Numbered from the stretch's first letter, positions 1 to 9,009 are shown. The stretch: DNA of 20,000 nucleotides from an uncultured virus (IMG/VR IMGVR_UViG_2881717282_000001) (IMGVR_UViG_2881717282_000001:48093-68092), one strand, 5' to 3'. Notes: a model not told the origin generated them from the sequence alone. A program made the numbers and translations.

Positions 1-2
1 GC

Positions 3-317
3 CCTTACGTTATCGTCCGCACCAATCAGCAGGAAGTGGATGCGCTGCTCGGCCCTATCAGTGAGACAGCACCTTCCAATCCTGCGACCGGTGCCTTCTG
101 GTATAAAATCAGTCACTCAGCAAAGACCGTCACGCTCCAGAAATATTCTGGCAGCGCTTGGGCGGATGCCACAGAAAAGCAGTCTCTGACCTATAACTGG
201 TATGCACAGGATAAGGATGGCAATGCAGTCACCTTTGGTAAGACTGGCAAGGTCATCTATCTCTCCGCTGCCGATATCGACAGCTTGCTGACACTGCAGT
301 GTGATATTTCCAACTAG
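3..317 (+). CDS. Phage tail-associated structural protein, C-terminal part (5' end outside the window)
   Basis: Frame is open from base 3 (PYVIVRTNQQEVDALLG...) to TAG at 317. Beta-rich, Ig-like ending (LTYNWYAQDKDGN...TLQCDISN). Lies directly upstream of tail and lysis genes. Confidence 0.7.
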   Translation, partial: PYVIVRTNQQEVDALLGPISETAPSNPATGAFWYKISHSAKTVTLQKYSGSAWADATEKQSLTYNWYAQDKDGNAVTFGKTGKVIYLSAADIDSLLTLQCDISN

Positions 318-328
318 GAGGTGGTCCT

Positions 329-877
329 ATGGCACTTATCACTTCCTGTCAGGCCTCTTTCCAGAATGTTGCTGGATACGAGGATGACATCGCAGCCCTT
401 CAGGAAAATGTGCGTGAGTGCTATTCGGAGATTTCAAAATCCTCAGAGCAGATTCGTCTCGCTGTCCGTGAAGATTATATCTCACGCTCGGAAATGGCAA
501 CTATCCAGCAGGATTTCCAATCTACGATTACACAAAACAGTAGCGAAATCCGTATGGACTTCTCCACTATCACAGACGAACTGAAGGACAATATCGCTAC
601 CAATCAAGAGCTCCTTGAAGAATATATCCGCTTCAAAGGAGCTCTTATTGAGCTTGGCAAGGTCGGAAACGCCTTCACTGCCGAGCTCTCCAACAATGAA
701 CTGGCCTTCAAAGAGAACGGTCAGAAAATCGCATATATCTCCAATAACAGCTTGGTCATCACCAATGCGGAGATTCGTAACAAACTATCCCTTGGAAATG
801 AGACCAGAGGATGGTTTGATTTTATCCCAAGAAGTAACGGTAACCTCTCTATCAAATGGAGAGGCCCGGCATCGTAA
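329..877 (+). CDS. Phage minor tail protein (coiled-coil N-terminus, beta C-terminus)
   Basis: 182 aa with RBS AGGAGG. The C-terminus (YIRF.GA.IELGK.GN...LSN..LAF..NGQKIAYISNN.L.ITNAEI...F.PRSNGNLS) is typical of the gene preceding DUF859-type tail genes in Firmicutes siphophages. Confidence 0.75.
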   Translation: MALITSCQASFQNVAGYEDDIAALQENVRECYSEISKSSEQIRLAVREDYISRSEMATIQQDFQSTITQNSSEIRMDFSTITDELKDNIATNQELLEEYIRFKGALIELGKVGNAFTAELSNNELAFKENGQKIAYISNNSLVITNAEIRNKLSLGNETRGWFDFIPRSNGNLSIKWRGPAS

Positions 878-891
878 AGGAGTGATTCATT

Positions 892-2787
892 ATGGCTTCC
901 AGCGGAAGTATTACAACCGGCCAGAAAGAAGGCCGCTCTGTTACTCTCTCTTGGACATTGTCCAGTCAGAATATAGCAAACAATACATCAACTATTGCAT
1001 GGACCCTCAAAGGTTCTGGCTCTGCAAGCGGCTGGGTCATGTCTGGTGGATTTAAGGCTGTTATCAATGGTACTACGGTTTATTCATCGTCTACGGATAA
1101 CCGTATCCAGCTGAAAAATGGCACTGTTGTTGCCTCCGGCTCTTTGACCATCGCTCATAATTCGGATGGTACAAAATCCTTCAATCTGAGTTGCGAGGCC
1201 GGTGTTTATACCTATGCAGTCAGTGTTTCAGCAAGTGGAACACATACGCTGAATACCATTCCAAGAGCCTCCTCGGTAACAGCCACCTCAGTGAATATGG
1301 GAAGCGCCACAACGATTACTATCTCAAGGGCTTCTTCCTCCTTCACCCATACGCTGACCTATGCCTTTGGCAATTCTACAGGTACCATCACGACAAAGAC
1401 CACCTCTACCTCGGTATCATGGACACCAGCTCTCACACTGGCAAATCAGATACCAAGCACGACAAGCGGTACTTGTACGATTACCTGCGATACCTACAAT
1501 GGCTCATCTAAGATTGGAACCAAAACCTGCACGCTAACTTTGACGGTTCCTTCCTCCGTCAAGCCTACCATCAGCAGTCTGACTGCTACTCGTGTGGACG
1601 GCTCTGTCCCTGCCGCTTGGGGTATCTATGTGCAGTCGAAGTCGAAAGCAACGCTAACGATAAATGGTGCTGCTGGAATCTACGGTTCCACTATAAAGTC
1701 CTACAGTATCAGTGGTGGCGGCTACTCTGGAACACAGAGTTCACTCACGACAGGCTTCCTTAACTCATCCGGAACGATTACCTTCACAGCAACCGTAACA
1801 GACTCCAGAGGAAGAACCTCTGCTGCAGCAACCGTGTCGATTTCTGTCATTGCCTACAGTCCACCTTCTTTTAGTTCCTACAACTCACAGCGTTGTAATA
1901 GTGGAGGCACGCTCACCGATGATGGAACCTACATCAAAGGAACGGTATCCTACAGCTTTGCTTCCTGCAGCTCCAAGAATACAGTGACTCGCTCCACCTA
2001 CTACCGAGTCTCCGGAAGCAGCACGTGGACCAATGCCTCTGCCAGCTTCAATTCCGGTACGGCCTTCACCTTTGGTGGCGGTAAGATTTCCACCGAGACC
2101 TCCTATGAGGTCCGCTATGATTTGAAGGATGCATTCTCAACTATCAGCATCACTGACATCGTATCTACGGCATCGGTAGTCATGGACTTTAAAAGTGGTG
2201 GCAAGGGTGTGGCCGTTGGTAAGGTATCTGAAACAGACAATTGCTTTGAGGTATCTGAAAAATGGGATGTAAAGGTCTACGGCAAATTGCTGAAGGATTA
2301 CATCAAGGAATTCACAGGTGCTCTTTATCCTGTCGGAAGTATCTACATGAGTGTCAAGAATACCAACCCTTCCACCTACTTTGGAGGCACTTGGGTGGCT
2401 TGGGGAACGGGCCGTGTTCCAGTCGGTGTGAATGCAAACGACACAAACTTTGCAACAGTAGAAAAAACAGGTGGTGCTTCTACTGTCACACTGACCACAG
2501 CGCAGATGCCTTCTCATACGCATGCAAAAGGTACGCTGGCAACAGCAAACGCTGGTGGGCATACCCATGACTTAAAGAACCAGAAAGCCTCATGGGGTAC
2601 CAGCGGTGGCAATCGAGTGCTTATCGACGCCACTTCCGGCTATACTGCTGTCAGCAACAAGACAACTACCAGCGCCGGTTCTCACTCGCACACTGTCTCT
2701 GGTTCCACTGCCGCAGCTGGTTCCGGCAGTGCCCACAATAACCTGCAGCCCTATATCACATGCTACATGTGGAAAAGGACTGCTTAA
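892..2787 (+). CDS. Siphovirus DUF859-like minor tail/receptor-binding protein with C-terminal baseplate/tail-fibre tip
   Basis: 631 aa, Ser/Thr-rich. Motifs include 'L.TIPRAS', 'TLTVP.SVKPTISS', 'YPVGSIYMS...NPS..FGGTW', HxH repeats (HTH, HTH, HSH) and the ending 'HNNLQPYITCYMWKRTA'. Confidence 0.85.
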   Translation: MASSGSITTGQKEGRSVTLSWTLSSQNIANNTSTIAWTLKGSGSASGWVMSGGFKAVINGTTVYSSSTDNRIQLKNGTVVASGSLTIAHNSDGTKSFNLSCEAGVYTYAVSVSASGTHTLNTIPRASSVTATSVNMGSATTITISRASSSFTHTLTYAFGNSTGTITTKTTSTSVSWTPALTLANQIPSTTSGTCTITCDTYNGSSKIGTKTCTLTLTVPSSVKPTISSLTATRVDGSVPAAWGIYVQSKSKATLTINGAAGIYGSTIKSYSISGGGYSGTQSSLTTGFLNSSGTITFTATVTDSRGRTSAAATVSISVIAYSPPSFSSYNSQRCNSGGTLTDDGTYIKGTVSYSFASCSSKNTVTRSTYYRVSGSSTWTNASASFNSGTAFTFGGGKISTETSYEVRYDLKDAFSTISITDIVSTASVVMDFKSGGKGVAVGKVSETDNCFEVSEKWDVKVYGKLLKDYIKEFTGALYPVGSIYMSVKNTNPSTYFGGTWVAWGTGRVPVGVNANDTNFATVEKTGGASTVTLTTAQMPSHTHAKGTLATANAGGHTHDLKNQKASWGTSGGNRVLIDATSGYTAVSNKTTTSAGSHSHTVSGSTAAAGSGSAHNNLQPYITCYMWKRTA

Positions 2788-2796
2788 TTTTTATCC

Positions 2797-2825
2797 GCAG
2801 CTATCAGATGGTAGCTGCTTTTCTT
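2797..2825 (+). terminator. Putative intrinsic terminator after the tail fibre gene
   Basis: Stem GCAGCTATC / GGTAGCTGC followed by TTTTCTT. Confidence 0.6.
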
Positions 2826-2857
2826 ATATCTAATTTCAGAAATGGAGGTACTTATCA

Positions 2858-3271
2858 ATGAAAGAATTCTGGAACACGATTCAACTCGTCTTTACCGGCA
2901 TTGGCGGCTGGCTCGGCTACTTCCTCGGAGGTTGGGATGGATTGCTCTACGCACTCATCGCATTTGTAGCCATCGACTATGTCACTGGCGTCATGTGCGC
3001 CATTAGTAATCACACCCTCTCCAGCGAGGTCGGCTTCAAAGGTATCTGTAGAAAGGTGCTTATTTTCTTGCTCGTTGGCATTGGCAGTATTCTTGATGCT
3101 CACGTCATCGGCTCTGGCAGTGTTCTTCGTACAGCGGTCATCTTCTTCTACATTTCCAATGAAGGTGTCAGCATTCTGGAAAACGCTGCTCGTCTCGGAC
3201 TTCCGGTCCCTGAAAAAATCAAAGTCGTATTAGAACAGCTTCACGACAGAAGCGCAAAGGATGGTGAATAA
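2858..3271 (+). CDS. Phage holin (phage_holin_4_1 / toxin secretion-phage lysis family)
   Basis: 137 aa. Contains 'GGWLGYFLGG.DGLLYALIAFV.IDYVTG', 'LSSEVGFKGICRK' and 'NEGVSILENAA.LGLPVP'. RBS GGAGG; directly upstream of the lysin. Confidence 0.93.
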   Translation: MKEFWNTIQLVFTGIGGWLGYFLGGWDGLLYALIAFVAIDYVTGVMCAISNHTLSSEVGFKGICRKVLIFLLVGIGSILDAHVIGSGSVLRTAVIFFYISNEGVSILENAARLGLPVPEKIKVVLEQLHDRSAKDGE

Positions 3272-3272
3272 A

Positions 3273-4259
3273 ATGAAGCTCGTACAATCTATTCTTACAA
3301 AGAACCCCTGCTATACCGCAGGAAGAAAAATCACTGTAAAAGGACTTATGCTCCACTCCGTCGGATGTCCTCAGCCAAGGGCATCCGTTTTCATTAACAA
3401 CTGGAACAGCCCTAGCTACAATAATGCCTGCGTCCACGGTTTTATTGATGGTAACGATGGCACTGTCTATCAGACACTTCCTTGGAATCATCGTGGCTGG
3501 CATGCAGGTGGTGCAGCAAACAATACTCATATCGGTGTTGAAATGTGTGAACCTGCCTGCATCAAATACACCGGTGGCTCTACTTTTACCTGCAGCGACC
3601 TTGCAACTGCAAAGGCTTCTGCAAAGAGAACCTACAACGCTGCCGTAGAGCTTTTCGCAATGCTCTGCAAGCAGTATGGGCTGAATCCTACTGCTGATGG
3701 CGTCATCATTTCTCATAAAGAAGGTCATGCCCGTGGCATTGCCTCCAATCACGGAGACCCGGAACATCTCTGGAGAGGTCTTGGCCTTTCTTACACGATG
3801 GCTGGATTCCGTAAGGATGTAAAAGCAGCTATGGGCTCTGGCTCTGCTCCTTCTGATGGAGGTACAAAGCAGCCAGCAACTCAGATGTACCGTGTCCGCA
3901 AAACTTGGTCCGATTCCAAGAGTCAGCTGGGTGCCTATAAGGTACTGGCCAATGCCAAGAAAAAAGCAGATGAGAATTCCGGTTACAAGGTATTTGATGC
4001 TTCCGGCAATGTTGTCTACCCAGCTGTATCCACACCGGCACCCACTCCTTCCAAGGATACTTCCTATAAAGTTCAGATTGATATCTCTAATCTGAATATC
4101 CGCAAAGGACCGGGTACCAACTATGGAAGAACCGGTCAGTTCACTGGCAAGGGAATCTTTACAATCGTTCAGGAATCCAAGGGTGAAGGTGCTACCCTCT
4201 GGGGCAAGCTGAAATCCGGAGCTGGATGGATTTCTCTCGATTTTGCAAAGAAGTTATAA
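3273..4259 (+). CDS. Endolysin, N-acetylmuramoyl-L-alanine amidase (Amidase_2) with C-terminal SH3-like cell-wall-binding domain
   Basis: Amidase motifs 'LMLHSVGCPQP', 'WHAGG..NNTHIGVEMCE' and 'HGDP'. SH3b-like C-terminus 'LNIRKGPGTNY...WGKLKSGAGWISL'. Start placed at ATG 3273, just after the holin stop. Confidence 0.93.
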   Translation: MKLVQSILTKNPCYTAGRKITVKGLMLHSVGCPQPRASVFINNWNSPSYNNACVHGFIDGNDGTVYQTLPWNHRGWHAGGAANNTHIGVEMCEPACIKYTGGSTFTCSDLATAKASAKRTYNAAVELFAMLCKQYGLNPTADGVIISHKEGHARGIASNHGDPEHLWRGLGLSYTMAGFRKDVKAAMGSGSAPSDGGTKQPATQMYRVRKTWSDSKSQLGAYKVLANAKKKADENSGYKVFDASGNVVYPAVSTPAPTPSKDTSYKVQIDISNLNIRKGPGTNYGRTGQFTGKGIFTIVQESKGEGATLWGKLKSGAGWISLDFAKKL

Positions 4260-4274
4260 GGCACACCTTTTCAC

Positions 4275-4314
4275 AGGGTCTGTGGGAGTTTTCTCCTGCA
4301 GGCCCTCTTTTTTT
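4275..4314 (+). terminator. Intrinsic terminator after the lysis module
   Basis: AGGGTCTGTGGGAG-tttt-CTCCTGCAGGCCCT stem followed by a long T run. Confidence 0.8.
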
Positions 4315-4323
4315 ATTTTTGAT

Positions 4324-4441
4324 GGCTCAAAAGCTCACTTCACCTCCATTGGATAGTGGAGGCAGATAATTTTATCTTTTTTTCGGCCAAACCGCTATCT
4401 CGCCTCCATTTAGTAGTGAGGAACTTCCTCAGATTGGAGGC
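4324..4441 (+). promoter_or_regulatory. Two imperfect direct repeats (60-bp period) and an RBS-sequestering stem upstream of the recombination module
   Basis: GGC.AAA..GCT...C.CCTCCATT...TAGTG(G)AGG at about 4324-4362 and 4385-4421. GCCTCCA (4402-4408) is the reverse complement of TGGAGGC (4435-4441), which contains the RBS. Confidence 0.55.
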
Positions 4442-4446
4442 AAGCT

Positions 4447-4869
4447 ATGACAAGCGAACAGAAACAACAGATACATCTTCTAAGAGAGAAAGGATACGGC
4501 TATGCCACCATCGCTGAAGCTCTCGGTCTTACGAAGAATCAGGTGTCAGCCTATTGCAGAAGAAATAATCTCTCCGGTACAAAAGCAGAACGCACAGTTA
4601 GTAGTCGTCCAGATAGTGATTGCTGTCTTTGCTGCGGAAAGCCGCTGACCCAGACTCCCGGAAGAAAGCCTATCAAGTTTTGCAGCAATGAGTGCCGTGT
4701 TAAGTGGTGGAACAGCCATCAGGATATGGTGAATAAGAAAGCCATCTACTCCTTTACCTGCGCCTGCTGCGGAAAGGAGTTTACTGCTTATGGCAATGCA
4801 AAAAGAAAATACTGTTCTCACGCCTGCTACATCACCGACCGATTCGGAACCGGCAGCACCAATGACTGA
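4447..4869 (+). CDS. HTH plus Cys-rich zinc-finger protein (often annotated as a sigma-70 region 4 protein); candidate recombination accessory/directionality factor
   Basis: N-terminal HTH (GYGYATIAEALGLTKNQVSAYCRR), then CLCCGK..FCSNEC and CACCGKEF..YCSHAC. First gene of the recombinase operon. Confidence 0.75.
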   Translation: MTSEQKQQIHLLREKGYGYATIAEALGLTKNQVSAYCRRNNLSGTKAERTVSSRPDSDCCLCCGKPLTQTPGRKPIKFCSNECRVKWWNSHQDMVNKKAIYSFTCACCGKEFTAYGNAKRKYCSHACYITDRFGTGSTND

Positions 4870-5041
4870 TGAACAATTCGAGCGTGAAAAACGCTATCAG
4901 GCAAGCATGAATCTCTTCCAGAATATGCTCAACAAGGGCCTCATTACCCCTGAACAGTACGCCATAATTGATACAAAGATGCTGGAAAAATACCAGCCAC
5001 TATTGGGTACATTATTTGCCACAGATGGCTTGACTATATAG
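4862..5041 (+). CDS. Small SHOCT-like protein (59 aa) typical of tandem serine-recombinase modules
   Basis: MTDEQFEREKRYQASMNLFQNMLNKGLITPEQYAIIDTKMLEKYQPLLGTL. Start overlaps the end of the preceding gene (ATGACTGA). Confidence 0.75.
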   Translation: MTDEQFEREKRYQASMNLFQNMLNKGLITPEQYAIIDTKMLEKYQPLLGTLFATDGLTI

Positions 5042-5082
5042 CCTTTTAGAGTGATGTATAGTAATGGAAAGGAGCTGATTTC

Positions 5083-6864
5083 ATGCGAAAAATCAACAAA
5101 ATCGAGCCAAAGATACCGACGCTGCCGACCAGAAAAAAGGTCGCTGCATACGCCAGAGTTTCAATGGAAACAGAGAGGCTCCACCATTCTTTATCAGCTC
5201 AGGTCAGTTACTACAGTGAACTGATTCAGCGCAATCCTGAATGGGAGTACGTTGGCGTATATGCAGATGACGGTATCACCGGCACACAAACAAATCGAGA
5301 AGAATTTCAAAGGCTTATGGCAGATTGCGAAGCTGGCAAGATAGACATTATTCTTACCAAGTCCATCTCCCGTTTTGCAAGAAACACCGTAGACCTTCTC
5401 CAGACAGTCCGTCACCTAAAGGAGCTTGGAATTGAAGTCCGCTTTGAAAAGGAACACATCAATTCACTCTCCGGCGATGGCGAGGTCATGCTGACGCTTC
5501 TGGCATCCTTTGCACAGGAAGAAAGCATCAGTATCAGCAACAATGTCAAATGGGGCACCAGAAAACGTTTCGAACAGGGAATTCCAAACGGTCGCTTTAT
5601 GATTTACGGCTATCGCTGGGAAGGTGACCATCTTGTCATTGAACCAGAAGAAGCCAAAATCGTAAAACTCATCTTCAACAATTTTCTCAAAGGTCTCTCC
5701 GCTGAGGCCACAGAAAAGCAGCTCGAAGAAATGGGTGTAAAGTCCTATAAGGGACAGCACTTTGGAAATACATCCATCCGCCAGATTCTTGGAAACATTA
5801 CCTACACTGGTAACCTTCTCTTTCAAAAGGAATATGTGGTTGACCCACTGACAAAGAAAACCAGAAAGAATAAGGGTGAGTTGCCACAGTATTATGTTGA
5901 GAACACCCACGAGGCTATCATCGACAAAGAAACCTTCGATACGGTCCAAGAAGAAATCAAAAGGCGCAGGTCCCTTGGTGTGTTTGCAAACTGGAGCATT
6001 AACACCACCTGCTTTACCAGCAAGGTAAAATGCAGCAAATGCGGCATGAGCTACCGACGCAGTGGAAAGCGCCAACGCAAGAATCCGGACGAAGTTTACT
6101 ATGTCTGGATATGCCGCAGCAAGAGCGACAAAGGTGCGAAGGCCTGTAGCGCCAAAACTATCCCGGAAAAGACGCTCAAACAGTGCTGTACTACTGTTCT
6201 TGGCCTTTCAGAATTTGACGAGGATGTCTTCTTGGATAAGGTTGAAAAGATTGTAGTTGTTGGTGACGACCAGCTGGACTTCTACTTCTATGATGGCCAT
6301 ATTGTAAACCACAAGTGGAAATCCACTGCCAGAACAGATTGCTGGTCTGATGAGCGTCGTAAGGCTTGGGGCGAACTTCATAAAGGTAAGAACTTCAGGA
6401 AAAAAGACCAGAATCCATTCACCGGCTACTTCCGCTGCCCTAACTGTGGCGGTAACTTCCGAAGACAATCCAGAACCTATGTGGATGGCACAAAATTCAC
6501 TTACTGGCATTGTGTAAACGGAACCAGCTGCGGAAATAAAAGCAAGCTGCCAGAAGAGACAGCAAAACAATTTATAGCCGATGCTGCTGGTACACCCGAA
6601 TTTGACGCTGATGCCTTCCACGATAAGATTGAAGCCATTTATATGACCGATACTTATGAGGCGACCATCCACATGAAGGATGGAAGCAAAATCGTCAGGA
6701 CATGGGAGCCATTAAAGCGTCGAGGCCACAAGCATACCGAGGAATACAAAGAGCATATGCGACGGCTCATGAAGGAGCGCTGGACAGATGAGCGCAAACA
6801 AGAAATGAGCGACAAAATGAAAAAGATAAGGAGTGAGAAATATTGGGCGTCAACAGGAAAGTAA
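5083..6864 (+). CDS. Large serine recombinase 1 (resolvase + recombinase domains + duplicated zinc-ribbon module)
   Basis: Catalytic 'YARVS', plus 'KSISRFARN', 'AQEES.SIS.N' and 'HEAII'. Two zinc-ribbon modules (CSKCG..., CPNCG...). RBS AAGGAG. Confidence 0.95.
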   Translation: MRKINKIEPKIPTLPTRKKVAAYARVSMETERLHHSLSAQVSYYSELIQRNPEWEYVGVYADDGITGTQTNREEFQRLMADCEAGKIDIILTKSISRFARNTVDLLQTVRHLKELGIEVRFEKEHINSLSGDGEVMLTLLASFAQEESISISNNVKWGTRKRFEQGIPNGRFMIYGYRWEGDHLVIEPEEAKIVKLIFNNFLKGLSAEATEKQLEEMGVKSYKGQHFGNTSIRQILGNITYTGNLLFQKEYVVDPLTKKTRKNKGELPQYYVENTHEAIIDKETFDTVQEEIKRRRSLGVFANWSINTTCFTSKVKCSKCGMSYRRSGKRQRKNPDEVYYVWICRSKSDKGAKACSAKTIPEKTLKQCCTTVLGLSEFDEDVFLDKVEKIVVVGDDQLDFYFYDGHIVNHKWKSTARTDCWSDERRKAWGELHKGKNFRKKDQNPFTGYFRCPNCGGNFRRQSRTYVDGTKFTYWHCVNGTSCGNKSKLPEETAKQFIADAAGTPEFDADAFHDKIEAIYMTDTYEATIHMKDGSKIVRTWEPLKRRGHKHTEEYKEHMRRLMKERWTDERKQEMSDKMKKIRSEKYWASTGK

Positions 6865-8426
6865 AAACCATACCGGCTACGCTGACAAAGTTTACAGCTA
6901 CGCCGATTACAGAACAGAAAAAGCGCAGGACTGCTGGATATGCCCGTGTTTCCACCGACCATGATGACCAGTTCACCAGCTACGCTGCGCAGATTGATTA
7001 TTATACCAACTACATCAAAGGCCGTGACGATTGGGAGTTCGTGGATGTCTATACCGATGAAGGTATCACCGGAACCAGCACCAAACGTCGAGAGGGCTTC
7101 AAGAATATGATTGCTGATGCCCTTGATGGCAAGATAGACCTAATCGTCACCAAGTCGGTCAGCCGATTTGCCAGAAACACGGTAGACAGCTTGACTACCA
7201 TCCGTAAGCTCAAGGAAAAAGGCGTAGAAGTCTACTTCGAGAAGGAAAACATCTGGACCTTCGACAGCAAAGGCGAGCTGCTGCTTACCATCATGTCCTC
7301 ACTGGCACAGGAAGAAAGCCGCTCCATTTCAGAGAACTGTACATGGGGCCAGCGAAAGCGATTTGCAGACGGTAAGGTCACCGTTCCCTTCAAGAGATTT
7401 CTTGGCTACGACCGTGGCCCAGACGGAAACCTTGTAGTAAATCCAGAACAGGCCGTTACCATCAAACGAATTTACAGTATGTTCCTTCAGGGAATGACCT
7501 ATCACGGGATAGCAAAACAGCTCACCGATGACGGCATCCTGACACCGGGCGGCAAAACAAACTGGAACCAATCAGCTGTAAAAAGCATTCTCACAAACGA
7601 AAAGTACAAAGGTGATGCCCTTTTGCAGAAGTCCTACACTACTGACTTCCTTACTAAGAAGACCAAGGTCAATGAAGGAGAAATCCCACAGTATTATGTA
7701 GAGAATAACCACGAAGCCATTATCGAGCCGGAAGTATTCGAAATGGTCCAGCGTGAGATATTGAAGCGAGGTCGAGGCAAGAAATACCACAGTGGAGTTC
7801 ACATCTTCTCCACTAAAATAAAATGCGGCTGCTGCGGAAGCTGGTACGGCTCAAAGGTCTGGCATTCCAACAGCAAATACCGTAAGGTCATCTGGCAATG
7901 CAATCACAAATTCGATAATGATGAGCGCTGCGATACGCCTCACCTTTACGAAGATGACATCAAGGCAGCATTCCTTTCCGCAGCAAACCAGCTGCTCTCC
8001 TGCAAGGACAGTGTCATTGCCGATGCTGAAGAAATGATGTCCGCCATCCTTGATACCACAGTATTGGAAAAAGAACAGGATGAGCTGCTCGAAGAGACAC
8101 AGCTTATTTCCGAGATGGTCCAAGCCGCCATTAGAGAAAATGCTACCGTTGCCCTAGACCAAACCGAATACCAGAAACGCTACGACAGCCTTTCGACAAA
8201 ATTCGACAAATCAAAAGCAAGGCTCGAACAGGTCATGGCCGACCTGCAACAGATGCAACTACAAAGAGCTGAATACGAATCCTTCCTCAAAACCTTCAAG
8301 CAGCTGCCGGACTCCTTGGAAGAGTTCAGCATTGACAGCTGGAATAGTCTTGTAGAATACGCAACAGTCTACAGCACTGACGACATCCGCTTCACCTTCA
8401 AGAACGGTCAGGAAATCAAGGCATAA
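6843..8426 (+). CDS. Large serine recombinase 2 (integrase-type with zinc ribbon and coiled coil)
   Basis: 'YARVST', 'KSVSRFARN', 'SSLAQEESRSISEN', 'CGCCG...WQC', then a long coiled coil. TTG start after AAGGAG, overlapping the end of LSR1. Confidence 0.95.
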   Translation: MGVNRKVKTIPATLTKFTATPITEQKKRRTAGYARVSTDHDDQFTSYAAQIDYYTNYIKGRDDWEFVDVYTDEGITGTSTKRREGFKNMIADALDGKIDLIVTKSVSRFARNTVDSLTTIRKLKEKGVEVYFEKENIWTFDSKGELLLTIMSSLAQEESRSISENCTWGQRKRFADGKVTVPFKRFLGYDRGPDGNLVVNPEQAVTIKRIYSMFLQGMTYHGIAKQLTDDGILTPGGKTNWNQSAVKSILTNEKYKGDALLQKSYTTDFLTKKTKVNEGEIPQYYVENNHEAIIEPEVFEMVQREILKRGRGKKYHSGVHIFSTKIKCGCCGSWYGSKVWHSNSKYRKVIWQCNHKFDNDERCDTPHLYEDDIKAAFLSAANQLLSCKDSVIADAEEMMSAILDTTVLEKEQDELLEETQLISEMVQAAIRENATVALDQTEYQKRYDSLSTKFDKSKARLEQVMADLQQMQLQRAEYESFLKTFKQLPDSLEEFSIDSWNSLVEYATVYSTDDIRFTFKNGQEIKA

Positions 8427-8430
8427 AAGT

Positions 8431-8475
8431 ACAGCCCCACCACTGGATTTTACTCCAGTAGTGAGGCTGTTTTTT
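8431..8475 (+). terminator. Intrinsic terminator between convergent genes (probably bidirectional)
   Basis: ACAGCCCCACCACTGGA...TCCAGTAGTGAGGCTGT followed by TTTTT. Confidence 0.8.
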
Positions 8476-8599
8476 ACTTCTGTTCAATCTGAGGATTTGC
8501 AGGCAACGTCCTCTTTATTAGCTCAAGGATAATTTCCTTGACACTATCAACAATTTTAATAGCTACTTCATCACTAAACACATTTCTTTTTTCTTCCAT
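8474..8599 (-). CDS. Small hypothetical protein (41 aa)
   Basis: RBS GGAGG before ATG; MEEKRNVFSDEVAIKIVDSVKEIILELIKRTLPANPQIEQK. Follows the XRE gene. Confidence 0.55.
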   Translation of the reverse strand: MEEKRNVFSDEVAIKIVDSVKEIILELIKRTLPANPQIEQK

Positions 8600-8615
8600 A
8601 GGATAACCTCCGCAA

Positions 8616-8915
8616 TTATATTTTTTCCAAGTTGTCGATAAATACTTGAAGTCCAGCAAGTAAACCCGGATATTTTTTCAAGAAATCATCTGGTTGCTTC
8701 TTTTTCAAATAGTTCAATTCGTCTTCAAAAAGCGCATCGAGTGAGATGTCGAGTTTAGCCGCCAGAACGAGTAGCTTCTCTACTTCTGGATAACCACCGT
8801 CACGCTCCCATTTAGATACAGCCTGACGGCTAAAGTTCTCACCGAAGAAATCGGCCACGTCGTCTTGGGACAGTCCTTTTTCTTCTCTTCTGGCTTTTAG
8901 CTTCTCACCAAACAT
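8616..8915 (-). CDS. XRE-family HTH transcriptional regulator
   Basis: 'FGEKLKARREEKGLSQDDVA...SRQAVSKWE....PEVEKL..LA..LDISLD.L'. RBS GAGGTG before ATG at 8915. Confidence 0.92.
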   Translation of the reverse strand: MFGEKLKARREEKGLSQDDVADFFGENFSRQAVSKWERDGGYPEVEKLLVLAAKLDISLDALFEDELNYLKKKQPDDFLKKYPGLLAGLQVFIDNLEKI

Positions 8916-8967
8916 ATCAATCACCTCTCTTTCTGATTACATTTTACTTGCTATGGAAGAAAAAATC

Positions 8968-9005
8968 GAAAACCTGAATTTGCATCTAGCAACTTGAAGT
9001 TGCTA
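8968..9005. promoter_or_regulatory. Putative XRE operator(s)
   Basis: Perfect inverted repeat TAGCAACTT-G-AAGTTGCTA at 8987-9005, with an adjacent degenerate copy (minus strand GCAAATTCAGGTTTTC), upstream of the XRE gene. Confidence 0.6.
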
Positions 9006-9009
9006 ATCT

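Noticed and set aside
892..2787. DGR target or invertible (shufflon) tail fibre driven by the recombinases
   Set aside because: No reverse transcriptase, template repeat, alternative tip cassettes or flanking inverted repeats were seen in the window.
5030..5062. Canonical sigma-70 promoter TTGACT...TATAGT before LSR1
   Set aside because: The spacer is 21 bp, too long for a standard promoter; it may be another kind of site, but that is unsupported here.
321..8131. Numerous alternative-frame and antisense ORFs in the track (e.g. 615-1055, 2137-2568, 3219-3767, 5464-6075, 6208-6672)
   Set aside because: They overlap well-supported genes and lack recognisable motifs; treated as shadow ORFs.
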